A DNA stretch of 64,000 nt from Mobula birostris (taxonomy: Eukaryota). Location: the NCBI RefSeq assembly GCF_030028105.1, contig NC_092379.1, forward strand, positions 24,793,821 through 24,857,820, in the 5' to 3' direction. Within the stretch, counting starts at the first letter, position 1, and each line of letters opens with the position of its first letter. The translations under genes were made by a program, and so were the position numbers. Below are positions 1 to 13,600 of the stretch, one piece after another. Below the pieces are notes generated by a model, which did no database searches, was not told where the DNA came from, and saw only the letters and a list, made by a program, of their open reading frames with translations.

Positions 1-439
1 CATTCCAACATCCTGCCTGGCATTCTCAGTGCACTAAACAATCCGAACAAAAAAACTTACTGGAACCTACCCTGGCCTCTGCCTGTTCTCACCGAAGCCT
101 GTTTGAGCCAAAGCCGTCCCACTCTGACTCAGTCCACTCCGACGATGGCCGCTGTATATGGTGTCTGCTTTTTAAAGCTTGGCGCGCTACGTCACGCGCC
201 TGTAATAATTGGTGTTTTCTTGAGAGCGAGTTCCAAATGTTCTTTGTATATACTGCTCTTTATTTGCGAGATAATGTGTGCAATAAACTTGGATTACAAT
301 CCGGTTAACTTTGTCGAAATGCTTGTTCTATACAGACAACGGCATTTCTTGCACCACCAACAAAGCCACCTGCCAGAGCACTCATGGCACTGTGATTTCG
401 GAGCAAAAGTAGTTGATTCGTCCCATCGAATCGGCTGCC

Positions 440-1770
440 CTATTATATCATGGGCTGATCCAACTCTTCGAGTCGTCCTCACTACTTTGCCTTCTTCTCA
501 TACCCTTTCATGCCCTGTTAATCAAGAACGTATCTGTCTCTGCATTAAATGCACCCAATGACATGGCCTCCAGAGCCGCTCGTGGCAACAAATCCCACAG
601 ATTTACCAACCTCTGAATAAGGTAATTTCTCTGCATTTCTGTTCTAATTTAAAGTCATTCAATCCGGAAGTTGTGTTCTCTTGTCCTAGACTCCCCTACC
701 AATGGAAATAACTTTGCCTTATCTAAAATTTACAGGTCTTTTAATATTCGCAATGTTTCTATGAGATCTCCCCTAATTCTCCTGAACTCCACGGAATACA
801 ACCACAAAACTACCAGACGTTCCTCATACGGTGACTCTATATTTACTGGAATAATTCGCGTGAATATTCTCTGATCCGTCTTCAATTTCAATATATCATT
901 TCTAAAATAAGGATCCCAAAACAGCACACAATACACAAAGTGTGTCTCAAGACTGCTTTACAGTGTCTCAACATCAATTCTCTGCCTTCTTCACCACATA
1001 CTCAACATGAAGGTGATCTTTATTGGTATCCTGCACGAGGACTTCCAAGTCGCTGGGCATCTCTGCAGTTCAAATTCTCTCTCCATCTAAATAATAGTCT
1101 GCCCGTTTATTTCTTCCTCCAAAGTGCATGAACATACATTTTCCAACATTGTAGCTCATTTGCCACATTTTTGCCCATTCCCCTAAAATATATCAGTCTC
1201 TCTGCAGACTGCCTATTTCCACACCGTTTCTACTCTTCCACCTATCTCTGTATCATCGGCAAATTTAGCCACAAATCATTAATCCCATAGTCCAAATCAT
1301 TGATATACGTTGTAAGAAGCAATGGTCCCAGTACCGACCTTTGTGGAAATCCACTGGTAACCGGCAGCAAGCCAGAATAAAATATCTTTATTCCCACTCT
1401 CTGCTTTCGGCCGAACATCCAAACCTCCACCCATGCTAATTCCATGAGTTCCTATGTTGCTAAGCAGCCTCATGTGCGGCACCTTATCAAAGGCCTTCTG
1501 AAACTCCAAGTACACCACATCTCCTTTGTCTACTCTGCTGAAATTGCCTCAAAAAATGCAGTAGGTTAGGCAGGCGGGATATTCCGTTCAGGAAACCATG
1601 CTGTTTTTTGGCAAATTTTGTCATGTTCCTGCAGGTACTTCGTATTCTCATCCCTGAAAATAGATTTCAACACCTTCCAAACCAATGACTTCAGGCTAAG
1701 AGGTCTATAGATTCCTTCTTGCTGCCTCCCGCTGTTCTTAAATAGCGGGGCAACATTAGCGCAATACATT
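440..1770 (-). mobile_element. CR1 LINE ORF2 (RT) fragments
   Basis: ORF pieces VYLEFQKAFDKVPHMRLL, VTSGFPQRSVLGPLL, YSVEFRRIRGDLIET. Confidence 0.9.
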
Positions 1771-2679
1771 GTTGGTCCTCCTGAATTACAAATATGGCTG
1801 GCGGACAGTAAACTACGTTATATAGCAGTCTTTACTTATTTGGTATGTTTTGATAGTGCTGATTAAAGTAGAATACGTAGATGTATCTGATAATTTATTT
1901 AAAAAAATATTCAAGAAAGTCAGGCAGCATTGTATCAAAATGAATTGAAATAACCAGTTTGTCTCTTTTTCACTGACATTTTATGCCACGCTCATAATAT
2001 CAGTCTTACTTTCATTGTCTCTCACATTCTCAGTTTTACTCTCCCTATGAAACACACTAGTATCCTGAGTCATGGAGCACAGTGAATAACGAACAGCTTT
2101 ACGGTTGGGAGAGGACCACAACATCAGAAGCAAACAGTTCCTGTGCGTGGCATCTTCGGGCGTATTTTTGTGATATGGATTGTAATGTCTTCAAGTTTCC
2201 AATATGGAAACGTAAGAGTCATTTCATGAGCTCCTTGAACAATGTTTTTATTCCGGCTCAAGACCGCTATAAAATGCCCATCGGGGCTAATGCACAACCG
2301 GTTTGTCGACGATGTTAGGTTTTGGAGGATTAGCATCAACGTTCCAGAACAATTGTTCTTTGCATATAATGTGTGCCTGTCAGTAGATATATATGACTAT
2401 GTATTTGTGTGTGAATGTGTGTGCATGTGTTTTAATTTATAGGCAGTAGTCTCTGGATGCTCACTTATAGTAATATGTGCAGATAATATGGAAGCAATGA
2501 AATGTTAAAACAGTGCTATTGGCTGAAAAAAAATGCTCACTCTAAGATCTAAAACAGGTCCGCTTTTGCTAGAATTACGCCAGTTACCAGGTGTGGCTAT
2601 TATTATTAACCGCGTCAGAGGCAAGAGTAGAGTAAGTAAGTCACAGAATACATGGTGTTTAATTTGAATAAGACAATAA

Positions 2680-4960
2680 AGCCATAGGTCATAGGAACAG
2701 AAATTATGCCGTTTGCCCATCGAGTCTGCACCGCTATTCAAACACGGCCGATCATTGTTTTTTCCTCTTCAAACCCATTTCCAGGACATCTGCCTGTAAC
2801 ATTTTGATGCTATGTCCGATCAAGAACTTATCGATTTATGTCTCGAATACACCCAACGACCTGGCCTTCAAAACCGCTTGTGACAACAAATTCAACACAT
2901 TCACCACTCTCTGGCTAAATAAGTGTTTCCGTCGCTCTGATTTCAATGGAAACTCCTCTCTCCTGATGCTGTGCCCTCTTGTCCTGGACACTCCAACAAT
3001 AGGAAACATCCTGTCCTCATCTACTCTGCCATATCTTTCAACATTCGAAAGGTTTCAATTGGCAGTCCCCCCATCCTTCAAAATTCCAGCTAGTACAACG
3101 CCAGAGCCAACAAACCTACTGGTATGATAACCCTTTCATCGCTGAAATAATCCCCGTGAACATCCGCTACACTCTGTTCAATGCGAGCATATGTTTTTTT
3201 TTTCTAAGATGAGGAATCCAAAGCTGTTCTCTCTAGCAAAGGTGAGTCCTTATTAGTGTCTTATAATTCTTAAAATCACATACCTGCTCTTGTGTTCTAG
3301 ACCTCTTGAAATGAATGTTAAGATCGCATTTCCCTTCCTCACCAGCGACTGAATCTGCAAGTTAACTTTTAATATGTTCTGCACAAGCGCTGCCAATGCC
3401 CTCTACATCTCAGATTTTTTAGCTTGCTCCCCGTTTAGAAAATAGTCCGCATATTTATTTCTACTACCGAACTGCTTGGCCCTGGATTTTCCACATTATA
3501 TTCCATTTTCCATTTGCTTACCCTCTGTCCTAATCTTCCTAGGTTCTTCTGCATTCTACTTTGTTTTTCCCTCAACGCTACATGCCCCTTTACCTATCTT
3601 CGTATCATCTGCATCTTGGAAGCAAATCCATCTATTTCATCATCTAAGTAATTCATATACAGCGTAAACAAGAAGTGGTCGCAACACTGATCCCTGCGGA
3701 ACTACACTAGTCACTGGCAGCCAACCAGATAAGGAAACATTCATTCCCACTCTCTGCCTCCTCCCAATCAGCGAATTCTCTAAAATGTTAGCAACTTTCC
3801 TGTAATACCACGGGCTCTTAATTTAGTAAACAGCCTAATGTGCTGAACCTGCTCAAAGGCCGACTTCTACCTTTCCCCTTTCTTAAAGTGTGGACTGATA
3901 TTTGAAATTATATTGTGCTCTGACACGAGCCCAGATTCCAATAATGTTTGAAAGATCATTGCAGATGCTGGCACAAGCTATAAGGCTATCCTTTTCAGAA
4001 GCTCAGGGTGCAGGCCATCGGGTCCGGTAGACTTAGGCCCTTTGGCTACTTGAAGTCATTTTCCCTTGTAATAATAACTGCACGCACTTATCTTCCTACA
4101 CACACTACAACAACTGGCACACAGCTCGTGTCTTCCATTGTGAAAAATGGTGAAAAATACTCATTTGTACATCTGCCTTCTCCCTGCCCAGTGCTTTTTA
4201 TTTATCATGCGTCAATTTCTTGCGATCCTATTTCCATTCTCATCACTCTTTTATTTATTTTTTTACATACTTGAACGGGCGTTTACTATCCATTTTGACA
4301 TTATTTGCAATCTTGCTATTATATTTCATGGTTTCCCTTCTAATGATTCTTTTAGTTGATCTCTGAAGGTTTAAAAAAAAACTTCCCAATAGTTTATCTT
4401 CACTCTATGTCTTTTCTTTGTTGCATGTCCTCTGTTCTATTTTACATTAGCATCGATTTTCCTTGTCATCTACGGTTGTACTATTCTGCCATTTGATTAT
4501 TTTTTCTTTTTTTTTTGAATGCAAATGTCTCGCACCTTCCTATTTTTTTTTTCCAGAAACGCACGGCATCCCTGTCAGTCGCTCCTTCCTAATTACTATT
4601 GCCAACTTGTCTCTCATACCACTGTAATTTCCCATACTCCACTGAAATACTGCTACGACAGACTTTACATTCCCCCATCAAATTTCAGGTTGACCTCAAT
4701 TATACGGTAGTCTCTGGTTCCTAAGTGTTCTTTTAACTTAAGCTCTCTAATCACCTTGGGTTCATCACACAAAAGCAAATCCAGAAAAAAAAAAAGGATT
4801 CGCAGGTCGGCTCAACTGAAAACGGCTGTAAAAAAAAAAAAAAAAAGTTATCTTTTAGGTATTCAACAAATTTCCTCTCTTCAGATCCATTACCATTCTT
4901 ATTTTTCCAATCGACTTGCATGTTAAAATCTCCCATGGCAATCAATCACTGCCCCTTGTA
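2680..4960 (-). mobile_element. CR1 LINE ORF2 fragment (endonuclease-RT, decayed)
   Basis: MGDFNMQVDW endonuclease motif at 4945-4900, RT remnants and a CR1-type 3' tail near 2690. Confidence 0.85.
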
Positions 4961-5696
4961 CAATCCTTTTCTATTTTTATTGTAATCTGTGGTCCAATTC
5001 CCAACCACTATTAGGATGCTTGTATATAACTGCGATCAGCATTGTTTTATCGTTGCATTTTTTTACTCAATTCACAAGGATTCAAGATATCCAGATGCTA
5101 TGTCACACACTTCTACCGATATACAGTGATATATTCTACGCCTTTTCTTTCAATGCTGTCTGGAAAATACAGTCAAAAAGACAGCCGAAGTATGAAATTG
5201 CCACACACGTTTTTTTTTATTTTTTTTGTTCTAGCAATCCTTCGTAATTTCCGCACCATACTTCAGACTTAGCTATGATGGACATGGACATTCTAATCAG
5301 CTTAATCACGTGTGCCGTCCTATACATCTTTCGAATTTGTTGTTTTCGATGTCAGCCGCTGAGTTTGGTCTTTGGAAATTTGCAGTAGCCGGTCTCTCAA
5401 CTGAATTTGTTGGACAGCAGCATAAAAATAAACTCTCAAATTGTCCGCGTCCATGTGGACTGAGAGTTTCCCGGTCTATAAAAGTATGTACGTAGATGTC
5501 ATCGCTCGGAATTGCTGTATTGCAGGCATTGAGAACATAATGTGGAACAGACTCATTCACTCCTCTTCTGTATGTCACTTGTGCTTCTCCGTGTATTATG
5601 TAACCTCGATAGCTGCTGGTACAATGCGCGTGTTTTCGGGATTCAGGCCATTGATAAAATGATATCGATGGTGAAATTTTCCCTCTTTTAAACCAG

Positions 5697-6013
5697 ACAG
5701 CAGTCTTAAAGATACAGTGGAACATTCCGAAACAAAAATGTTTTGCTTTAGATTTATGACACAATATAACGCTCACTAGCACAATGAAAGGCAACAGTGC
5801 AAACAGAGTTGCTCTGTGTTGGAGACAGAGCCACAAGTACACATTACAGTATCTGAGTCGCTTATTGGAAAGAGCATCATCAGAGACAATAACTTCAACG
5901 ATGGCCTTTCTGCTATATTTCGTAAAAGTGGTTTGAATACCGAACTGACGATTCGCACCCCTGTGATTTATCGCTCCGCGCTGCCTCTCGATGCAATAGA
6001 CTCCGCATTAGTG
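5697..6013 (+). pseudogene. TCR alpha/delta-like V pseudogene
   Basis: Acceptor TTTTCCCTCTTTTAAACCAG, then across frameshifts DSSLKDTVEHSETK / NITLTSTMKGNSANRVALCWRQSHKYTLQYL / IIRDNNFNDGLSAIFRKSGLNTELTI...SAL. The first Cys is AGC, there is a stop, the YYC is decayed, and the heptamer is degenerate (CATTAGTG 6006-6013). Possible leader from ATG 5540 and TATAAAA near 5477. Confidence 0.55.
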
Positions 6014-6639
6014 GAGCGTGCACTGCTAAGTACGTGCTGCAAATTCGGGGAGTGTACTGGGTTACTTAGAAGATGTGATGTTTGTTTCCAGTTGCTAAAG
6101 ATACGCCATGCAGAGTCTTCTCTTTTCCATCTGCAGTGGCGCTGTCAAAAACATCTTTCGGAGGAGGAAATTCTCTACTCATTTATGGCATTCGTCGTCG
6201 TGTAATACCGGAGCCGATTTGAATTTAGCATTTCTTCGAATCACGTCACTGAGCTCCAAATCCTGGACCTCCATACATCTCTCTGCAATTAAACTGTCGA
6301 TTTCCTCGTTTACCGTCGCCAGCCGGTACGGAATTGCATCAGGAACTTTTCCACAATCACCATCAGCAGCAGTGCAGCACAAGACTGTTTGGCGTGTTGC
6401 TTAACCAACTATATACCCCTTTATGGTTGCGTGACAAAGTGTTCGGAGAATGACTTATTTAAGACTACTGACAAAACTGTTGATGCTTGTCAAATTAAAC
6501 AGTGTTACTAATCGGCATATAAAAGAGAGGTAGCAATGTTGGTTGAATGGTGCCACAACAACGAGCTCAGGCTCAAGTGAGGAAAGAAGAAGTTTATGAG
6601 GAAGTCCTCACTAGTAAATAAAAGGTACAGAGACTACGT

Positions 6640-7330
6640 AACTATGCACACACAATGCTGGAGGAACTCAGCAGTCCATGAAGTATCAACGGAAAAAAAA
6701 AAAAACTTGGAGGGAAATGTGATGAGAAATCGTGAAGGGGCGGTGGAGCCATTATTGGAAGTTGGAAGTTTGAGAAATCGATGTTTCTGCCAGCAGGTTG
6801 GAGTCTATCAGCTGTGGCTCCTCCAACCTACGTGTGGCCAAATCACCCCAATGAATGAGGCATGGATAGACATATTAGACTGGGAATGAGAAGTTGAAGT
6901 AAAATGGGTGGCCTCCTGGCGACACTTCACCTGTGAGTTGGTTGGGGTCATGTAATCCCGGTGTTCTATATTGTATATCCGTGAGTCCCGACGTAGATTG
7001 CGAGCATCTACGCTCCATTCGCCAGAACAAGCGGGATCTCCCACCTCTGTAAGAGTGAGGGTCTGGGAAATACATGAGATATAAGTAAGGCAAAGTTGCT
7101 AGAAGGGTCAGAGGAACTCATCAATTGAGCAATGAGAAAACGTGTGCAATTCTGCACATGTAGCAACACCAGTGTAATCGTCAATGTAGCACAGAAGGAG
7201 TTGTAGAACGTTGGACGTTATCATAGTATGTTGGTAACGAAAGTACTGAAATAGCGGGGGTGGGGTTATACTCATTGGGGTTCCCATGGGTACACTATGG
7301 TTTGGAGAATGTGGGAGGATCCGAAATAAA
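6640..7330 (-). mobile_element. Penelope-like element fragment (RT end, GIY-YIG, terminal repeat)
   Basis: Similar to 24094-25700, including the CACACAATGCTGGAGGAACTCAGC terminus. Confidence 0.7.
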
Positions 7331-8019
7331 AATTGGTTGTGTCACAACCAGATACGCAATATAGTTTGGCTTCCCTGATCTTTATTTGCGAAATAATGTG
7401 TCCGATAAACTCAGATTACAGTCTGCTTAATTTCGCCAAAATGTCCTCCCTGTACAGTCAACAACATTGTTTTCACTATTACTAAAGCCCGCAGTATTGG
7501 CAGAACTCTGAATTGATACTGAAAACTCTAGACTAAATTAAAGGAGTACTTCCTGTACTCATTGTAATAATTATTGTATTATTGTATTACTTAATGTATT
7601 ATTATTTATTTAATGTATTATTTCCTGAGCTCAAGTTGGTAAAACATAAGGTAAGGGCAGAGCCAACCACGCTTATTTTTAGTTGCTGGGAGATTTCGAA
7701 CTGTTCTTTTGGTGCTTAATATTCTGGATTTCGAGAAGACTTACACGGATATTGATCTACATGCCTAGTTGTTCAATACTATTTTGTAGTGAATTTGAGA
7801 AAATACCAGTTGTAGATATTATCATCAGGGCAAGGTATACCTGTTCTTTTTTGCAAATTCTTACAATACCTGCATTAAGTCAACATATTACTGATTTTAA
7901 AAAAATTGCTGGTGAACGCAGCAGGCCAGGCAGCATCTATAGAGAGAGGCACAGCCGACGTTTCGGGCCGAGACCCTTCGTCAGGATTAACTGAAAGACG
8001 AGATAGCAAGAGATTTGAG

Positions 8020-9440
8020 AGTGGGAGGGGGAGCCATGTCCTCTCGTATTTATCTCTCCTAATCTCAGTGGAAAGAGCCTACCTGCATTTATTCTGTCTA
8101 TACCTCTCATAATTGTGTAAACCCCTATCAAATCCCCCCTCAATTCTTCTACGCTCAAAGAAATAAAGTCCTAACTTGTTCAATCATTCTCTGTTAATCA
8201 ACTCCTGAAGAACCTAGTAAACTTTCTCTGCAGTCTTTCGACCTTACTGATATCCTTCCTATAGTTAGGTGATCAGAACTGCACACAAAACTCCAAATAC
8301 GTCCTCGCCAATGCCTTATACAACCCACGATAACATCCCAACTCCTATACTCAACACTTTAATTTATTAATGACAAAATGCCAAAAGCGTTCTTTGCAAC
8401 CCTGTCTACACGTGACGCCACTTTTTGGGAATTATGTTTCTGAACTCCCAGATCCCTTTGTTCCTCCGCACTCCTCAGCGCACTACCATTTACTGTGTAT
8501 GTCCTACCCTGATTTGTCCTTCCAAAATCCATCACCTCACGGTTGTCAGCATTATGTTCCATCTGCCACTTTCTGGCCCACTTTTCCAGTTGGTCCAGAT
8601 CGCTCTTCAAGCTTGCAAAGCTTTCTTCGCTGTCTACAAGGCCTCTATTCATTGTGTCATTGGCAAACTTGCTGATCCAATTTACCACATTATTATCCAG
8701 ATCATTGAATAGACAACAAACAACAATGGTACAGGACAGATCCCTGAGGCACAACCTCCCCATGGACAGCATGTGAACTAACCTTCCACTGGGACCTTGT
8801 CTACGGCTTACTAAAGTCCAGGTCGATAACATTCACAGTCTTCCCTTCATATAATTTCTTGGTAACCTCCTTGAAAAACTCTATAGGATTGGCTAAATAC
8901 GATCTACCATGCATAAAGCCATGCTGACTATACGTAATCAACCCCTGGCTATCCAAAGACTTGTATATCCGATCTCTCAGAATATCTTCCAATAATTTAC
9001 CTACTACTGATTGAAGCTCACATGCTGTAATTACCTGCTTTACTTTTGGAGACTTTTATCATTCATCGGAACAACATCAGCTAAGCTCCAATTCTCCGGC
9101 AATGCTCCTGTGGCTAAGGACACATTAAATATTTCTGCCAGAGTCCCTGAAATTTCTACACTAGTCTGTCTCAAGATCCGAGGAAATATCATGTCAAGGC
9201 TGGGGGATTTATCTGACCTTATTATTTTTTAAGGCAGCAAGCACCACCCCCCCCCCCACCGTAAATCTCAATATGTTCCATACCACGACTGCTTGTTTCG
9301 CTTGCTCCCATATACGCTCTTCCAGTTTTTTGAGTAAATACTGATGCAAATAAAAAAAAACTGTTTATGATCTCCCCCATCTCGTGAGGCTCCACACATA
9401 GACGAACACCATAATCTTCTAGGAGAGCAATTTTGTCCCT
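8020..9440 (-). mobile_element. CR1 LINE RT fragment
   Basis: ILRDRIYKSLDSQGLITYSQHGF, WISKFANDT, LEKWARKWQME. Confidence 0.9.
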
Positions 9441-9463
9441 GACTGTCATTTTACTCTTAATAT

Positions 9464-10219
9464 TGTTATGAATCAACAGCAAGAGTGATAAATTTGTGTC
9501 GTGGTTCTATCAAATAAACAACGACAATATTAACCTCTATTTAAATAAACATGGAACTGCAAACGAACGGTTAACTAAAACGGATGTTAACAGCCTTATG
9601 CTTCTCTGGTTATTAAATGATCGAATTAAAGACATTTTTGAAAAGATCCCAATCAAGCACAATGTCAATGAGGTAGTTTAATAAGTCCAGATGATTTATA
9701 CAGTAACCAAGAGGTGAGACTTTCCGAACCTTGCGATGAAGAGAAGTCGAAACTGATGACGCCGGTTCCAGCCGAGTAACACCTCTTCCAAAGTTATGAC
9801 GCAGAATACGAGTTCTAAAAGGTACTGACCTTTCTGCCGGAAGTGGTTATCACACAATACCCAAAACGTGTAAGTGTTAACAAAACGTGCGTGCCACGTA
9901 CGTACGCTTCCATATGTCAGTCACATCCTTTATGCGCCGAATGCCGCTGGTTAACCTCAGTCCCTCTGGGGTTCGTTCGGATTCTTCACTCTCACTCTCT
10001 CTTCTTCTCCGATGCCGTAACTACCAATGGTGAGTTCCTACCGAAAAGAACTACGCAACTCTTGCGGTCTCCCCTTATATACCAGGTAGAACATGCCATC
10101 ACGTGACATCACATTACCCATTATCAGAAGGCAATTATATCATTCTAATGGCACAAGACCATTACATATTTCCAATAGCATAAGAGAATATTCACGAGAT
10201 ACTAACGGGATAGATAACA
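9464..10219 (-). repeat. 3' LTR of a Gmr1-like Gypsy element
   Basis: TGTTA...TAACA termini; polypurine tract GGGAGGAAGG immediately 5' on the minus strand (about 10220-10229); homologous to 23965-24093 plus 26965-27596 (about 80% in a 90-bp block compared by eye). Confidence 0.75.
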
Positions 10220-10389
10220 CCTTCCTCCCAGAATAGAACATTTTGATCTATCAAGAAAAAAAATAACAACAAACAAAATATACAACTGTATAAAACTTAC
10301 AAACTTACACAATACGCATATAATTATCATACAGTACTCTACAACTAATATAACATATGACATCAGTGTGAACAAAATATCAGAAATAC

Positions 10390-10605
10390 CTTCACTCTCA
10401 CTCTCTCTTCTCCGACGCCGTAACTACCAACGTTGAATTCCCACCGAAAAGAACCACGCAACTATTGCGGTTTCTCCTAATATACCAGGTAGAACACGCC
10501 ATCACGTGACATCACATCACCCATTATCACAAGACAATTATATCATTCTAATGGCACAAGACCATTACATCGTCTCTTCTTCTCCAATGCCTTAACTACC
10601 AACAG
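10390..10605 (-). repeat. Partial reiterations of the same LTR
   Basis: 10390-10570 repeats about 9985-10165; 10571-10605 repeats about 10000-10030. Confidence 0.8.
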
Positions 10606-10627
10606 TCGGAGCCGTCTCTATTTCCTA

Positions 10628-13600
10628 AGGTGACTAGACCATAAGACCATAACATCAAGGAGCAGAAGTCGGCCATTCGGACCATCGAGTCTGTTCCGCC
10701 ATTTTATCATGAGCTGATCCATTTTCCCATTTAGTCCCACTCCCCCGCCTTCTCACCAAAACCTGTGACGTCGCGGCTACTCAGATACCTATCAATTACT
10801 GTCTTAAATACACCCAATGACTTGGCCTCCACTGCTGCCGGTGGCAACAAATTCCATAGATTCACCACCCTCTGACTGAAAACAAAATTCTACGCATTTC
10901 ATTCTGAATGAGCGCTCTTCAATCCTTACGTCATGCCCACTCGTACTAGACTCCCCCATCATGGGAAACAACTTTGCCACATCCACTCTGTTCATGTCTT
11001 TAAACATTCGAAATATTTCTATGAGGTCTCCACTCATTCTTCTGAACTCCAAGGAATACAGCCCGAGAGCGGACAAACGTTCCTCATATGTTAACCCTCT
11101 CATTCACGGAATCATGCCAGTGAATCTTCCTGTACCCTCTCCAAAGTCAGCATATCCTTTCTTAAATAAAGTGACCAAAACTGCCCACAGTACTCCAAGT
11201 AAGGTCTCACAAGCGCCTTATAGAGCCTCAACATCACATCCCTGCTCCTAGACTCTATTCCTCCAGAAATGAATGCCAACATTGCATTCGCCTTCTTCAC
11301 CACCGACTCAACCTGGAGGTTAACCTTAAGGGTATCCTATACGAGGACTTCCAAGTCCCGTTGCATTTCCGAAACTTGAATTCTTTCCTCGTTTAGTTAA
11401 TAGTCTGCCAGTTTATTATTTTATTTTTCTGCCGAAGTGCATAACCATACACTTTCCAACATTGTACTTCATTCGCCACTACTCTGCCCATTATCCAATC
11501 TATCCAAGTCTCTCTGCAGACTGTCCGTTTCCTCTGCATTACCGGCCACTCCACCTATCTTCCTATCGTCAGTAAACTCAGCCACAAAGCCATCTATTCC
11601 ATAATCCAAATCGTTGATGTACAATGTAAAAAGAAGCGGCCCCAACACGGACCCCTGTGGACCACCACTAGTAACCGGCAGCCAACCAGAATAAGATCCC
11701 TTTATTCCCACTCTTTGTTTCCTGCCAATCAGCCAACGCTCTATCCACGTATGAAACTTTCCCGTAATTCCATGGGCTTTTATCTTGTTAAGTAGCCTCA
11801 TGTGTGTCACCTTGTCAAAGGCCTTCTGAAAATCCAAATATACAACATCCATTACATCTCCCTTGTCTAGCCTACTGGTAATTTCCTCAAAATATTGTAA
11901 TAGTTTTGTCTGGCAGGTTTTTCCTTTAAGGAATCCATGTTGAGTTCTGTCTATCTTGTCTTCAGGTACTCTGTAACCTCATCCTAGCCAATGGACTTCA
12001 ACAACTTCCCAACCACCGATGTCAAGCTAACAGGTCTATAATTTCTTTTTTGCTTCCCTGCCCCCTTCTTAAATAGCGGAGTGACATTTGCAATCTTCCA
12101 GTCCTCCGGAACCATGCCAGAATCTATCGACTTTTGAAAGATCATCGCTAATGCCTCCGCAATCTCCACAGCTACTTCCTTCAGAACACGCTGGTGCATT
12201 CCATCTGGTCCGGGAGATTTATCTGCCTATAGACTTTTCAGCTTCCTGAGTACTTTCTCTGTCGTAATTGTGACTGCACACAATTCTGTTCCCTGCCACC
12301 CTTGGGTGTCCGCTATACTGCTGCTATCTTCCTCAGTGAAGACTTATGCAAAATACTCGTTCAGTTCCTCCGCCATCTCCTTATCTCACATTACAATTTC
12401 TCCAGCATTATTTTCTATCGGCCCTTTCTCTACTCGCACCTGTCTTTTACTCTTTATATACTTGAAAAATCTTTTAGCTGTCTCTTTGATATTATTTGCT
12501 AGCTTCCTTTCATAGTTAATCTTTTCCCTCTTAATGACCTTCTTCGTTTCCTTTTGTAAGGTTTTAAAAACCTCCCTGTCCTCTGTCTTCCCACTAATTT
12601 TTGCTTCCTTGTATGCCAGCTCATTTGCTTTAACTTTGGCTTTGACTTTTCTTGTCAAACATGGTTGCATCCTTTTTCCAGTCGAAAATTTCTTCTTTTT
12701 CGGAATATACCTGTCTTGCACCTTCCTCACTTCTCGCATAAACTCCAGCCACTGCTGCTCTGCTATCATTCCCACCAGTGACCCTTTCCAGTCAACATTG
12801 GCCAAGTCCTCTCTCATGCCACTGTAATTTCCTTTACTCCATGAATTACCGACACAACAGATTCCGGCTTTTCGTTTTCAAATTTCACAGTGAACTCAAT
12901 CATGTTATGATCACTGCCTCCTAAGGGTTCCTTCACCTCAGTCTCTCTAATCAGCTCCGGTTCATTACACAATACCCAATCCAGTACTGCTGATCCTCTA
13001 GTGGGCTCAACAACAAACTGTTCTAAAAAGCCATTTCGCAGACATTCTACAAATTTTCTCTCTTTAGATACAGTGCCGATCTGATTATCCCAATCCACTC
13101 GCATGTTAAAATCCCCCAAAATTAAAATAACACTGCCCTTCTTACAAGCCTTTTCTATTTCCAGTTGTAATTTGGAGTCCACATTCCAGCAGCTGTTTGG
13201 AGGCCTAAACTGCCACCAGAGTCCTTTTCCTCCTGCTATTTCTTAGTTCAACCCATAAAGATTCTGCACCTTCCGATCCTATATCACCTCGTTCTAATGA
13301 TTTAACATCATTTCGTACCAATAAAGCCACGCCTCCCCCTCTGCCTACCTTCCTATTTTTTCCGATACACCGTGCATACTTGGACGTTCAGCTCCCAGAG
13401 AAATGCATCCTTTAGCCAGGTCTCAGTGATGGTCACAATATCATACCTGCCAATCTGTAGCTGCACGGCAAGATCATTCATCTTATTCCTTATGCCGCGT
13501 GCAGTTAAGTATAACACTTAAGACCAGTAGTTGATATTTTTCTCTTTGATTTCACTGCAATTTTATTGCACTGCAACTTATCCCAATGGCCACAAATTTG

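Noticed and set aside
2040-2340. Isolated CACAGTG at 2078 and frames with V-like words (TIHITKIRP, AYFC)
   Set aside because: No nonamer at 12 or 23 spacing, and no consistent strand or framework order.
5306-6000. Long minus-strand open frame (about 230 codons) with a TM-like stretch and an LSPHG motif reminiscent of APRIL/TNF ligands
   Set aside because: It is antisense to the V pseudogene and has no proper ATG context. The rest of the TNF fold pattern is absent, so it is most likely a chance frame.
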